Shown: positions 50,267-63,568, counted from the stretch's first letter. The stretch: 64,000 nt of DNA from Dimorphilus gyrociliatus (GCA_904063045.1 CAJFCJ010000010.1:620001-684000); one strand, 5' to 3'. The notes: generated by a model not told the origin, from the sequence alone. Program-made: numbers and translations.

Positions 50267-52401
50267 TTGTCTTGGAGAAGCGTTTTTATTTGAAAGAGTC
50301 GTTGAATAAGATCAATCACTAACATAACAACTAGTTCCAACTACTATCAACACACTTAAGTGTTCTTCGAGCTTCAAAGAGTTTTCTTTTCGCGTAATTA
50401 ATATCTTTAAGTATTTTCAAATCAAGCAATTAATTTATTTTGATATATTCAAGCTACGTAAAATAAAACAATGAAATATGTAATACTGTAGCATTTCTTA
50501 GTTATTATGTAACAATTAGATAATAAACAAGACTATATATGTATTTTCTACAATTAAAGAAACTATTCACAAATCTCTAAACACTAAAATTTTAATCTGT
50601 AAGATAATTCGGTAATGTAATTTTCATAGCTTTACCACAGTTACGAGTTTATAAAGGCTAAAGGATAATTTATTCATTTTAAATAAATTGGTGGTAAACA
50701 CTAACAGTAAATTGTTAGAACATATTCTCATTATATTTAGAAATATTCGCATATATTCCCTATTTAGTTTTTTAACAAGAAAGCTCTTCAATTTCTAATT
50801 GAAAATAGTCTGTTAGTTGAAAACTAAATTAAGAATGATTAACGGGATATAGTAAATAGTTCAATTGTACTTTTAACAGATTAACTATTAGATGACCAGC
50901 ATCTTAATTTTGCTACAATACGGAAATGATCTTGAAGTGTGACACCTGTTTCCGCCAAAAAAGAGAAGATGGGATGTTTGCTTTTAAACGTTACAATAAA
51001 CAATTTCTAATATTTAATATTTAACGATGTTGAGTAACGGAGAAGAGAGAAAGAGAAAGAGAGGGGGGAGAGGGGGAGATAGACACTGAGAATATAGTTG
51101 ACATAGTTAAAATATATATTATTATATGATTTTGTTATTAATTCATATTCAAGCACAAATGAAGATCTAAAAGCTTATTGAAAGTATCCTTTTATCTAAT
51201 GTTTTTTCCCTCTTCATTTTAACACTGCTAAATTATAAAAAGCATAAATTTTCTATAGGTTTACTCTTTATTCTAGCTATTCAAGCAACGATTTCTTCTT
51301 AACTTTGATCTACCGATAACAGAAATGTTTTGTTGTAAAAGTTTTTATATTTATTCCTCTTTTCTGTTATAAACACACATACTATGCATACAGGAATACA
51401 AACAAAATTTCTCCCTCCTTTCTGTCTATCTCTCTCTCTCTCTCTCTCTGTTTGATTGTCTTTTTCGTTTTCTTCGATATATTATGCTTTATGGTTCAAT
51501 TGCTGTTTGTGAATTATTCATTGAATACTATAATCTTATTCTTTCTTTCCTCTTCTTTATAAAAAAAAAAAGAAAAATTTTAGAATTCAAAAGAGAGAGA
51601 TTTATTGAAAGTTTGATAAGAATTTTCACCCAGTTAGTGTAAATATAAGTTTATAGTAGTAGAGTTTATTAGTGAATGCTAAACAATAAGAAGTATTGTA
51701 TGATAAAATTAAAAATTTTCGGTAAAAAATAACATGTTTGAGCAATTCGCCAATCGCGTATCGATTGGTGATAAAAATTCAACATTCACTATGTAATTGC
51801 TTTGTTAAAGATCAATGACGTTCTTGATAAGTATATTACTGTCGCCAAGCAACATACCTGACTCTTGCTCCAATATTCAAATATATATAATATATGTTAT
51901 ATAGAACAAGAAACCATGCTGTTCGTCTGAATATGGTTTTAAGTCCACACAAATTATCACTTAAACAAACTAATAAGGAACGAGAGTCGATTTATATTTT
52001 ACTGGCGCGAAAGTGTTTTTTATGATAAGCCTACTTTTGCTAAGCCTCAATATACAAGCATATCGTTAAAGATTGTTTTATCAACTATGTTTTTCTTTTT
52101 CAACTTTTTCCTCCAAGACTGTTCTAACAAATTTGGATTGAAGTGATTTATTCGTCAACTAGAAGAATTCCTAAAAGACTAAATAGAAGTATTGTAACAA
52201 AGTTTCGTCAATATTGTCGTTAAAAACCGTAGACGCCAGTATAGATCAATATAGACCATTTCCTGTTGGAATATTGTGCAAGAAACAAGAAGGTTTGTTT
52301 AAGTTTTATCTTTATTCAATAGATATTCAAAAAAAGAGATAAAGTACATATTGTAAAGTATATAAATATAATATGTCTATAATTTTATATTTTAGCAGAC
52401 T

Positions 52402-52878
52402 ATGTGTCGTTGGGGTTGTCTAACAACTGACACGGTAACTATTTGCTTACTAATTAACACGACAGCTTATATATTATTCTATTATATAAACTTTCCTACT
52501 AATTAGACTTATATGTGTAAATGGTGTGGTACAAGATATTGTAGAGAGTGCCTTAGAGGAGATTTCTACGGTCAAATGAAGGAGTCAAATATATGTCGAA
52601 AATGTAATCAGGTACGTAAATTATATATAATAGTTGTTATCTGCCTATCTCTCTATTGAGAATGATTTATATAATTTGTCTATTTTGTTTATCTATATAT
52701 ACTGCTTATACTAAAAATATTCAATCAGAAAAGATGCCAAGGAAAGAGAGTTGAATACTATCCAAAACCAATAAGCGAAGACGATAAGAAAAATACAAAG
52801 AAACCGTCTAAAAATTCACCAAAAACAAAATCAGCAAACGTTCAGAAGAAAAATAAGGGAAAAGGTAGAAAAAAATAA
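52402..52878 (+). CDS. Uncharacterised 95-aa Cys-rich (FYVE/PHD-like Cys spacing) protein with Lys-rich tail
   Basis: Coding exons 52402-52434, 52507-52611, 52729-52878 (288 nt), all phase 0 with GT-AG; upstream non-coding exon donor at 52293. Sequence: MCRWGCLTTDTTYMCKWCGTRYCRECLRGDFYGQMKESNICRKCNQKRCQGKRVEYYPKPISEDDKKNTKKPSKNSPKTKSANVQKKNKGKGRKK. Confidence 0.8.
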
Positions 52879-53528
52879 CAATTTTAATATATTTATATAA
52901 ACTAAAGTATGTGACCCATATCTTGTTTTTTCTATACTCAATTAAAAGAGAATTAGAGCGAAAGAAGTGTTTATATTTTTAATGTTTAATTTACAAATTA
53001 TTTTGATTGATACTTTTTTTTTTAAAAAAAAAACTAGGGTTATAAAACTGTAAAAATTGAAATACTTATAATACTATTTATTCCTTGTTCTAACATTCGT
53101 GTAGTTTATTATTTATTGAAAACAATAATTGAATATATACTATACGCATTTAAATAGAGTATACTATATTAAAAATATTATCTATGCTAATATATACAGG
53201 GAAGATAAATTCCAAACAAATATTTTTAAATTAGGCGGAATGGAAAATTCTTTTATCTCATTTTTGGTAGTGTTTGTGAATTATTTTACTATTGGAAATA
53301 AACCAGTGCATACATGAATAGTGGCCAGTATTGGAATGCAAATATACTAATTACTATATATATATATATATATATATATGGTACTGAGAGTAAAGCTTTT
53401 TATCTCTATTGATTCTCCTTCTTCCTTTCTTCTCATAAGTTTTCAAGATAAGAATTAAAAAGTTTCTTTATTGAAAAATTGATTTTTTTGATGCAATTTA
53501 AAAAAAAAGTAATACAACTTCTAAAAAT

Positions 53529-54650
53529 ATGGATAAACTATTAAAAGTGCTTATTGACGGTGATTCTTACAGTTCAGTGAACACTTTTGCGGATAAACTA
53601 CATTTTAAGTATTCTACTTTTATTTGTTTAAGTTTTGCTATTATTCTCAGTGGAAAGAATTACGCAAGTAATTCAATTCGATGCTGGTGTCCATCTCATT
53701 TTACTAAGAATCATATTGCTTACACGAATAAGCACTGTTGGACCAGAAACACATTTACAATTAATTTAAACTATACAAAACTGCCTGAAAATGAAAGTTT
53801 ACAGAGAATAGGCTATTATCAGTGGGTAACTTTAATTTTATGCTTTCAAGCTGTTCTATTCTACTTGCCTAAGCCTGTATGGATTTATCTAAATCAACAA
53901 AATGATATTTGTTTACCTTTCTTAATGGACGAAGCGAGAGAGATGTTCGAGGAAAGAGATAAGAGAAGAAAGGAAAAAATTCAACATTTTCTCGTTAAAA
54001 AACTATATCTAATGCTGTCGAAAAATGATCTTGAACGAAAGAATGGTTTTATTAAAAGACACCTTAAAGGAAATCAATTAGTTGTGATCCATATATTTAT
54101 AAAGCTTGTTTACGTATGCGATATTTTAGTAAGTTTTAAAGTGTTGAGTTTATTTTTAGACATGAATTTTTACACATACGGTGTTGAATTTTTATCGGAA
54201 ATGATAGCAAGCGGAGATTGGCATCTCTCCAAAACTTTTCCAACAAAAACTCACTGCGATTTTTATATAAGAGTACAAGGTAATATTCATAAATATGTTG
54301 TTCAATGTTCCTTGCCGGTAAATCTATTCCATCAAAAAATCTTTCTCTTTCTTTGGATGTGGATGATTTTCGTTTTAACTTTCTCAATTTCAAGTTTATT
54401 TCAAAGTATTTATCTTTATTTACCGAGAAGAGCTAATTTAAAATTCGCTAAAGAATTACTCGTCTTCGATTCGCTTCTTTGCAAAAAAGGCGATTCAAAG
54501 ACTTTTGAACAGTTTGCTACATATTTTCTAAGAAGAGACGGACTTTTTTTTATACGTATTGTTGCCGAAAATCTAAGTGAAAGTTACGCCGCAGATATTG
54601 CCAGTGATTTATGGTGTAACTACTATAAAGGACACCATTCTCATCTCTAA
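53529..54650 (+). CDS. Innexin (invertebrate gap-junction protein), 373 aa, single coding exon
   Basis: IRCWCP...HCW, YYQWV, FYLPK, FPTKTHCDF...QCSLPVNLFHQKIFLFLWMW; four TM segments and two Cys per extracellular loop. Confidence 0.96.
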   Translation: MDKLLKVLIDGDSYSSVNTFADKLHFKYSTFICLSFAIILSGKNYASNSIRCWCPSHFTKNHIAYTNKHCWTRNTFTINLNYTKLPENESLQRIGYYQWVTLILCFQAVLFYLPKPVWIYLNQQNDICLPFLMDEAREMFEERDKRRKEKIQHFLVKKLYLMLSKNDLERKNGFIKRHLKGNQLVVIHIFIKLVYVCDILVSFKVLSLFLDMNFYTYGVEFLSEMIASGDWHLSKTFPTKTHCDFYIRVQGNIHKYVVQCSLPVNLFHQKIFLFLWMWMIFVLTFSISSLFQSIYLYLPRRANLKFAKELLVFDSLLCKKGDSKTFEQFATYFLRRDGLFFIRIVAENLSESYAADIASDLWCNYYKGHHSHL

Positions 54651-54676
54651 CTGATTTTGAGTGATTTTCTTCTTTT

Positions 54677-54685
54677 TTTAATAAA
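54677..54685. terminator. Overlapping bidirectional poly(A) signals (ATTAAA on -, AATAAA on +)
   Basis: TTTAATAAA in the 82-nt gap between the convergent innexin and CNBD2 stop codons; a second plus-strand AATAAA at 54693. Confidence 0.45.
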
Positions 54686-54732
54686 TATAAATAATAAAAA
54701 AAACCAATAGAAAAAAAGAGTTACAGTTCTTT

Positions 54733-57700
54733 TCAACCGAGTTTATAAACTGCTTTAGAAGCTGTTATAGTTGTAGCCTTCGGCACAGTACGATTTTTAT
54801 AATTCTTGTCATCCTTTTCGTTAATATTTGCAAAGTTGACGTGTTTCTTTTCGGTTTCCTCTTGAGTATTTTGCAAACAACCCATGGCAGTACTAGGCCT
54901 TTGAATATTCAATTGAATTCTTCTCTTTCTAGGCTTGGCAGATTGTGAAGAGATTCTTGAAGAATGGAAGAACAGTGCTATTGAAAAAGAAACAAAGTCA
55001 AAATATGAATTTTATATAGAAAACTGCTGTAAAATGTTTAAAATTTCATTATATAGAGTGAAAAGATTCTAAATGATAAAGAAGAAGAAAAAAGGATCTT
55101 AAAAGTGAAACAAACAGGAGTAGGGAATAACTGGACTTTTAGATTTTTCGGTTTTGGTGAAGAGATTTTTTGGCTTTAGGGTTTGATCAAATTCAACAAC
55201 ATCTTTCCATTGCGAACCGTCTAAGGCATCATAATTCACTTGACTCATTGCCGAACTTGCTCCTGAAGTCCTATTTCTTATTCGACTTCTTAAGCCTAGT
55301 TCGTAAGGTAGTTTGGTTTCAATATCGTAGACTGTTTTTTCCATAAGTTCTTCTCTAAATGAACGAACAAAGGAACAAGATACAATTATACATTTATTAG
55401 TATAATTGATGAATACTTATAACACTCCCAGTCGGTATTCTTGAAATATTGATCCAGTAATTCTTCATCGCTTGGATACTCTTTTAACGTGGGTTTAATT
55501 CTCTCTTCTAAAATGTCGGCATGTCCTTGAATCATTTCAACAAAAGTCGACTTCATAATATGTATAACTTCGCACCCCTTGCTAATTAACGATAATGTCC
55601 TATTTGTTTCTGGGAATAATTGATCAATTCCCTATTATGAAGATAACAATTATATTAATAATCCTTCATCAGCATTATATAAAAAGAAAATAATTACAAA
55701 GCATTCTCCGTCTCTTAATGTGTCAATTTTAAAAAATAGTCCTCTATCCATATCTAGCAATTGTAGTTGACTAGTTAAAGAAAGACAATAGACTTGTTAT
55801 AAAAAAAAGTATATATCTATGATATAATTAATCAACCTTGTACCAGCATTAGATAGTAATGTAGCTTGATAAGTGCCATTTTTCCTCTTTGGTCCGGCAT
55901 TGTCTTGTATTCTTTGCGAATTCTATAAAGAGACAGATTTTTCATTGGAATATATTGATGTAAGTACATCAATATAATATTATATACCTTTTTCCTTTTA
56001 TCCAATTGTGTTTTTGAATTTTCATATCGTTCTCGTAGCTGTGAACCCATAGCAACAGCTCCTGATACTTGATTGAGAAACTTTGAATTTCTTACTCCAT
56101 CAGGTGTTGGAGATTTCCAATCGGTGGCTTGATATTTACGTACCACATTTTTAAATTTTCCACATTTGTCTAAACTTACAATATGCAATAAATCGCAAGA
56201 TCCCTAATAGAATTAGTTTTTAAATTAGATAATAAGAAATTTAAACAAGAAATGTATAAGACCTTTGTTATAAACCAAAGCCATTCATTTTGTCTGGAGT
56301 CTGCAACTAAAACTTTATTATGATTAAATTCTTCAACCCTACTGACATAACTCATTTGCCATATTTTATCGTCGGTTAAAGCTCCTAAGGCGCTCCATTT
56401 CCTAAAATTAAATATTGACATAAAGTAAAAAACTTAATTTGATTAATTTAATTAAAAAAACACCTAAAAAAATCAAATCTTTGTTCAGTTTCCTCTTGTA
56501 GTCTTATATGTAAACCTGCTTCTTTAAAATCATCTTTATCAACAACAATAAATTCAGTATCTTTAGCGCAGACGCATGTAGCGTTTCTTCTAGTATCTTT
56601 TACCAATGCAATCTCCTTTTAAATTCATAAAGACGAAAATTACAATTTAATTCTTTATTGTTCCTACTCTACTTAAAAACAAGTATACATACACCAAAAC
56701 ATGCCCCTGATTTTAGTGTAACCGTTTCTTTCCTTACGAACGCACTAGCGTCATCCTTATCGATGACTATATTAACAGCACCAGAAAATATAAAATATAA
56801 ATTATAGCCAATATGGCCTTTTCTTAAGACAACTCTTCTCTTTTGACATCTGAAATTCGAATAAAAACTTTAATTTAGACGCTAGAGTCTTTCCATAACC
56901 GTTAGATGACGCTACCTTTCGTATCTAACAATTTTACAAAATAGCTTTTGCATTTCTGTAGTGTATTTTCTAAAGCTGCTCATTCTTATAAGAACATTTC
57001 GAATAGCTTCAATATCCTCAGGGCTTCTTTTCTCAGGTTTTCTTTCGAACAATGGTTTAAGATCTTCTGGAACAGTAAACTCTTTTTTTATTTTATAATC
57101 AGCCTCATTAAATTTAAGTTCTTCGTCTGCAACTCCATTGGATGCGGAAGTTAACTGTCGATAATTTTAGATAATAGGTATTTAACTAGTGATTTTCTCA
57201 TTGAGGAATATTAACGAAAATATTTTAAGTAAATTAATTTATTAAATACCTTATGCCTGTGGCTAACGTTTACCAAATAATTGTCTAATAATCCAGCTTC
57301 AAACGCATATTTTCGTATAGCGATACATACTCCAACGAGCATTCTGACAATTCTACCAGCTCTAATCCACCTTAATTTTGGCTAGAGAAAAGTAACAAAT
57401 TTTGGAGAAGGTAGAGAGAGAAAAATAGGTTAAATATTAATTTTATGCTCGATTTACCTTCAATCTCCTGTCTGTAATCTGTTAAAAAAAAAAACAGAAA
57501 ATATGGCAATTAGAAACTTTTTTTATTATTATTAAATCTTATTGATTTTTCCTAATAGAACCTTTGTTTTTTTTTCTTTCTCTTTTTAATAATCGACTTA
57601 CTATATCATTTTGAATTGAAATTTTCACATTCTTTCCCTTAAAATAGGCTTTTAACTCTCCAACCGACATATAAACGTTCTTACATCTTTCTAACGCCTT

Positions 57701-57898
57701 TGAACTAATCACATAATTCGGATTCAATTTTGAAAAATGTAAAGTATTCTTAGTTCTAACTAATTTTAATCTATTTAGTTTTATTTGATGAATTATTAAA
57801 CTATTTCCAGTGTGTTCCATAGTAGTCGTTTTATAAAATCGGTTATTGTTTTCCCTAGTTACTTGAGATTCGGTCCTCTTTTTCTCAATTTTATTCAT
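54733..57898 (-). CDS. CNBD2: Cyclic nucleotide-binding domain-containing protein 2-like, about 730 aa
   Basis: Exons 57602-57898 (putative first), 57458-57478, 57250-57381, 56916-57154, 56693-56849, 56464-56615, 56263-56401, 55988-56203, 55837-55922, 55698-55770, 55417-55631, 55137 (or 55116)-55354, 54733-54977. KRRVVLRKGHIGYNLYFIFSG...GACFGEIALVKDTRRNATCVC...QRFDFFR, GSCDLL, YPSDEELL, as I recall for CNBD2. Confidence 0.85.
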
Positions 57899-58368
57899 AA
57901 TTTAATCGTGGTATCAATATCCTTTCACAAATAGAGTGATATGATGTAACAATAATACAGCTTATATTCATTTTAATACAATTTATCGACATTAATAAAT
58001 CGATTCAAGTAATTGATAAAGAAAAAGAGGAATATATTTTAATATGATGAGATAAAAGTAATAAAATAGAAAAGAGAAAAGCTAAAATATCCTGGCCTAT
58101 ATAAGTGTTTTAAAAAATTACATTTGATAAGCTATCTATGCCATAGAGATATAATATTATTTTCCTTTAGGACTTTCTTGTTTTTAGATAAAGATAAAAG
58201 GATTAATATTTCTTTTTAGATAAAAGTAATTTGACAATCAGGAATATATTTTCTGTATGTTCTAATTGCTAATAATTACGGAACGGAAATTACGCCTTAT
58301 TAGATTTAATCCTTTAATTTATCATAATCCATATCCTGTATAAATATTGTAAATTCATTCATATGCAG

Positions 58369-58370
<2 letters not shown>

Positions 58371-58400
<30 letters not shown>
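58371..58400. repeat. (AT)n microsatellite
   Basis: About 15 units, seen directly. Confidence 0.9.
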
Positions 58401-58403
<3 letters not shown>

Positions 58404-60928
58404 CTTATTTACTTATGTTCCTGATTCTTACAAGGTTCGTTGTCATCCATTCAAAATTGTCATATAAAACTAGTCAAAAAACTAGTTTTAAACCTTATAA
58501 ACAGTACCATTAAGAAATATGGCTAAATTATTATTTATTGATTGTTTAATTAATAATAATAAAAGTATTCAACTAAAGGAAATTAACACAGATATAATGA
58601 AATTAATAAAAAATATATATATATTTTTTTATAATTATAGTTATTTTTGAAGGACAAGTAATGGCAAAGTTATTGAAATAGGAAATATTTTCTATATATA
58701 TTTTCGCTCATTTTTTATTAATATTATCTATTCTAATAATAATAATAATATATTTAAATACTGTATATATTTATATAAAAACATTAGAATAATAAATTAC
58801 AATTACCTTAAATACAGCATGCAAATGCATATGCGTATATCTCTACTTATTCCTATGCTTGTTTAGTCTTCTTACACGTATTCTACTATTTTCAAACAAT
58901 CTATGTTTGTAATTTATATACAAAATCCAGGTATCAATATTTTGGATAAAAATGCAACAATAAAGATTAATTATGCAGAGAGATTTATGCTGATCTAGTA
59001 TATCTTTTATAAATGTAATATGATGGCTAATTGACGTTAAGAAATAAAAAGTCTACTCTTGTTACAGTTTTTTTTTTTCATTTCTCTCTCTGCACTATCA
59101 TATACAAAATATGAAGTCGATCTATCGATTGTAGCTGGAAAAGCTTGACGGCACTTTGAAGTAGTTTAAAAATACCTTGACGCTTAATTAAGGAGGAGTT
59201 ACCTAGTTTAGTTTACAATTATAATAAGAGAGAAATCTTGAATTATAAAACAAATGCAAGATTTGTAAGGAAATAATAGGTTTAAAAGGATTTTCTTTAG
59301 AAATCCTCTTTATTTCTTTATTTAGTTATTATATAATAAAAGCTAAGATAACTTTACGTACATTGATTATCCATATAATTCAACTTTTAAAATATACTCT
59401 AAATTTGAAGTTTTCAATGATAAAACGGAGAATTTACATCAAGTAACTTATTAACGATGAATAATACGAAAATAAAAATAAAAACCCTAATCTTTTCAAC
59501 TTTATACTTAATAAAAGGACTTTAAATAAAAGTAGCACTTTTTGAAATAAATTGTTTAAAAAGAAAAAAAACATCAATAAATTTCCTCTTTAAAAATGGC
59601 TTTTTTTCTAGAATTCTGAATGCTTTTCTCTATAACTCTACCCTTCATAGAAAAAAAATAAGAGAACACAAAAGGCCAAGGTTAAATTTTTCCATTAGGA
59701 TTTTTGAAACAATATTTTTGTCGTTTTCTTTATGTTCAAAGAATCAATAAGACCAATAAGAATTATGAATTATGCTTCTTGTTTCTCTTTTCGGCTACAG
59801 TTAATACTTAACTACCTTTTCTTTCTTTTTACATAGATATATAGTATATATATATATATATATATATATTATACACATGTAGCAATCGATAAGATTAATT
59901 CGTAAGAAATGAAAAGATTAAGACCAGCAACTTTTTTTTCTATGATAAAGTTAATCCAATGATAAATTGATGATAGGCCTTATCAGTGAAAAGAAGAAAA
60001 GAGAGAGAAAATGGGAATAATAATAGTTTTATTTTATTTTCTCAACTATCCTAACAGTATTTGTAAAGTTCCTGGGAATTCGTATATTATTCAACGAAAA
60101 ATAACTATATTTGCTAATAATAAACAATTTAATAGTTTCGATTCAAAACATTCTGTATAAATCTATTTTTTTACGGATTTTAAGGTATTTCATCAGTTGA
60201 ATGTTATTCTTTAATACGTAGAATAATAACCAGAGTGTTTATATCTATATAAACGATATAAATGGTATACTATTTACTTAACTTTAGCCCAAAATAAATG
60301 CGTACGATTAGAAAACACTGTTCAATATGCTAATATATACAATATACTGGTTTTTATATGTAGTTAAATTGCCTTCATAGTAGCCTATTCATTAAAAAAA
60401 ATAGGTAATGAAAATATTATTATAACTGATCATAATAGTGTCGATCAAAGGCGTCACCTTATCTGAATTGAATAAAAGGAAAGAGGATATTAGATTCATT
60501 TGAGTCAAACCTAATAAGTAAGCTAATTAGGAATCGTAATGCTATTATTTTTGGAATGAAATCCTATACGTTTTTACGTGAAACGAATCATTAGATCCTG
60601 TTATAGATATTTCTATACAATCATTGAGTTATGATATAGAACTGATACTTTTTGTATCAATTCGCTAATTATGAGAGAGTAAATAGGTTTTATTTGTTAA
60701 TTATTAAACATTTTACCTAATTATCTAAATCAGCTTTTGAAGAGAATATATATAGAAAAAATGACTATTTCCCATGTTCAAATGATTGATTAAGGGCTAT
60801 TTAAACGCGTTAATTATTTAGACTTATCGATAAGAATATGTCGTGTAGAATTTATATAACCTTATTTAACATTCTAATTAAACCTACCTAGAATAAATAA
60901 ATTAAAAACAATAACTTAAACAGATTAC

Positions 60929-61351
60929 GTTGGATAATCTCGATAATATCTGTTTTTTCGTATTACTTACTATTTTAAGTGTTTTCTTAATAGGCAAGGA
61001 CCCTAATTTGCTTATATCCATTTTGGCTTTAATTTTTTTAATAGACTCTTTCTCTTCCTTCTTCTTCCACCTTTCTTCGAATTCCCTTAAAAATTTACTC
61101 TTTCCTGAACGATTCTTATGGTTGATTAAAGTCTTCTCTCTTTCACTTTCAATCATTCTATCCGTTCGATTCGCGCTCCTTGGTCTCTTTCCTTTATCGA
61201 CCATTGGAACGGAAGAGTCGTTTACTTCTTTTGTTTCATTTTTTATTCTCCTATCGCAACTCTTTGTCATCGGCATAGAATTTACCGAATAAACGGAAGA
61301 ATTCGAACTACTTCCGGAAGACTTATTCGAGGTTAACAAGAGCCTGCTCAT
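60929..61351 (-). CDS. Orphan Ser/Lys-rich coding exon (141 codons); candidate alternative first exon of CNBD2 or part of a separate gene
   Basis: ATG after an in-frame TGA; open for 141 codons in very AT-rich DNA; ends at phase-0 donor AAC|GTAATC. Confidence 0.5.
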
Positions 61352-63361
61352 ATCTCATGATCTTCTTTCGACAAAGTTTTCAAGCCGAATAAAAAAAATC
61401 ATATATATATATATCTATATATATTTATAGAACAAGTGTCAGAGAGAATTAATACGGGACTTGAATAGGCCAAGCACTGCCCATTTATCGACGCCCTTCT
61501 ATCGTTCAATGGCTGATTCTGGAATGTGAATCAGAACGTCAATGAAGAGGTCGTTTATAACCGCCTATTTTTCCAAAGGCAATTTCCTCTTATCAAGTTT
61601 CTTTCTTTTATTTCTTTCTAAGATACGGTCGATATAATTTATAAGGGGACGAATAGCGACAGGCTTTCAACACTCGTTACTGGTTATTTAGCACCTGAGT
61701 AATGTGATAAGGTAACTAGTTGTAAATAAGGTTTAATCGTGCAAAAATAAATAAATACATATATTTGATATATGAAAAAGAGATTTTTTTCTACTTTTCT
61801 CAAGTTCTACCACCTTTTGTTAAAACGGGATAATTTATTACTCGATCAAATAGTATTAGGATCGATCTGGCCGAGCTCTTTGTTATTTATCTAAAATTTC
61901 TCTACCGTTTAGTTAAATCCTTAAATAGGCCTATACTTAAAATAGTTATAAACACAATACTTAGAGAAGAGAAGAGAGAAAAAATAATAAAAAGGGGCTA
62001 ATAGCAAAGTCCAAAAAGGAATGTTCTTATTGTTAGGGATATTGAGAAATGCGAGGAAGAATTGAAGGAGTGATTTGCTATTATTATTATAATTTTCTTT
62101 TAGTCTTTCTCTTTCTCCCTTTCTTTCTCTTGTTTAGCTGTTATATGTATATTGTTTTTCATAATAAATTCGCAATAGTTTCTAATTTATTAATTATATA
62201 TGTTAATTGAATAAATGGAATTCATTTATTCTTTTATTCAATTGCTTCTTTTGTTCTTTCAAATGTTTCTCCTATACTAACCTTCGAGTTCTATAATAAT
62301 CTAAACACCATTAATTTGTATAAAAGAAAAAAAAAGAAGGAAAAAAAAAACGACTATTTTAAATTTCTTAAAAGAGGGTTCTAATCGTTAGAGAGGTTCC
62401 CTAATTAGACGTCAATCAAATCTCAAGGTTGATTAAGTTTTTTGGTCCTGGACTATGATGGGCTTTTTCTTTCGTTCTTTCTTCCTTCGCTTTACATTAT
62501 TATAATTCTTTTTTTTTTTGATGGAAGGAGGAACTTGGTCATTTAAATTACTTGAATAATAGAAGCGTAAAAATAATAAACTTAAACATATTAAAGCGGT
62601 ACAAATGTTGTTTTTCTTTCTTAGACGTTTAACAAAGCGTTACTCTATTTAGCTTTTGGATAAGAAACTATAAAAGAAATGTATTATTCCAAGTATTTTA
62701 TTATTATGACTTGTCTATTTATTGTTATTATCTGATTATTATTTTTTTATATAGATATTTTATAATTATAACCAATCCTTTAAACTGTCACAAGAAGCTA
62801 TTAATTTCTCGTCTATCAACATTTTGCCTTTTATTAATTTAGTTACGCTTATTGACGTTCGTCTTACATAATCCGCTATTTTTGATAATGAATGATGTCA
62901 CCTATTCAATTTTCTTGTTCATCAAAGAAAAGAAGGCAAATGAATAATATTCGAGGCGCCATCTATAATTTCTTTAAGAGTAAGAAAACGATATAAACTC
63001 TAAGAATTATTTGTTGGTACTTTTTCATTATAAAACTGTTATTTCATTATTTTACAAAAATATTTAGCTAATTAGCATATGCATAAGTTAGAGTGATTGA
63101 AATTGTAAAATATTTGAAAATAAGATCAAGAAACTAAGTATACATTCAAGCCGATATTTTTGTAAATAGATTTTGGAATACAATCAGTTTACCTTTTATA
63201 TTTTTACACCAGGTGCAAAAAAATCTGGTAACAACAGGATATATAAACACACAGATATATTAATAAAAAATAAAGAAGTAATGGATAATGTATGGAAAAA
63301 AGAATATCCATCACTCTATAGACAAAGAAATATATTTTCAATACGACATTTAGATAGATAC

Positions 63362-63568
63362 CTTCTCATTGGTTTTTTGAATAGGCGTCCTTTTATCTTG
63401 TACTTTTTTTAATCTTTGTTCCCTTAGAAATTTGGATTCTTTTCCCTTTTCGAAGGACAATATCTTCCTGTTGGAATCAATTGAATATCCGGTCTTATTA
63501 AACATATTTAACGAAATGCTCCTCCTCCTCCCCTTCTTCTTTTTCATCAAATGAATTTCGGACGACAT
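63362..63568 (-). CDS. Orphan Lys/Arg-rich coding exon (69 codons) sharing SKFLRE with the 60929-61351 exon
   Basis: Acceptor TTCATTTAG| 9 nt before the ATG (in frame); phase-0 donor AAG|GTATCT. Confidence 0.4.

Noticed and set aside
60930-61292. Plus-strand 120-aa hydrophobic ORF
   Set aside because: Antisense of the Lys/Glu-rich minus-strand exon; A-rich codons read as F/L/S on the other strand.
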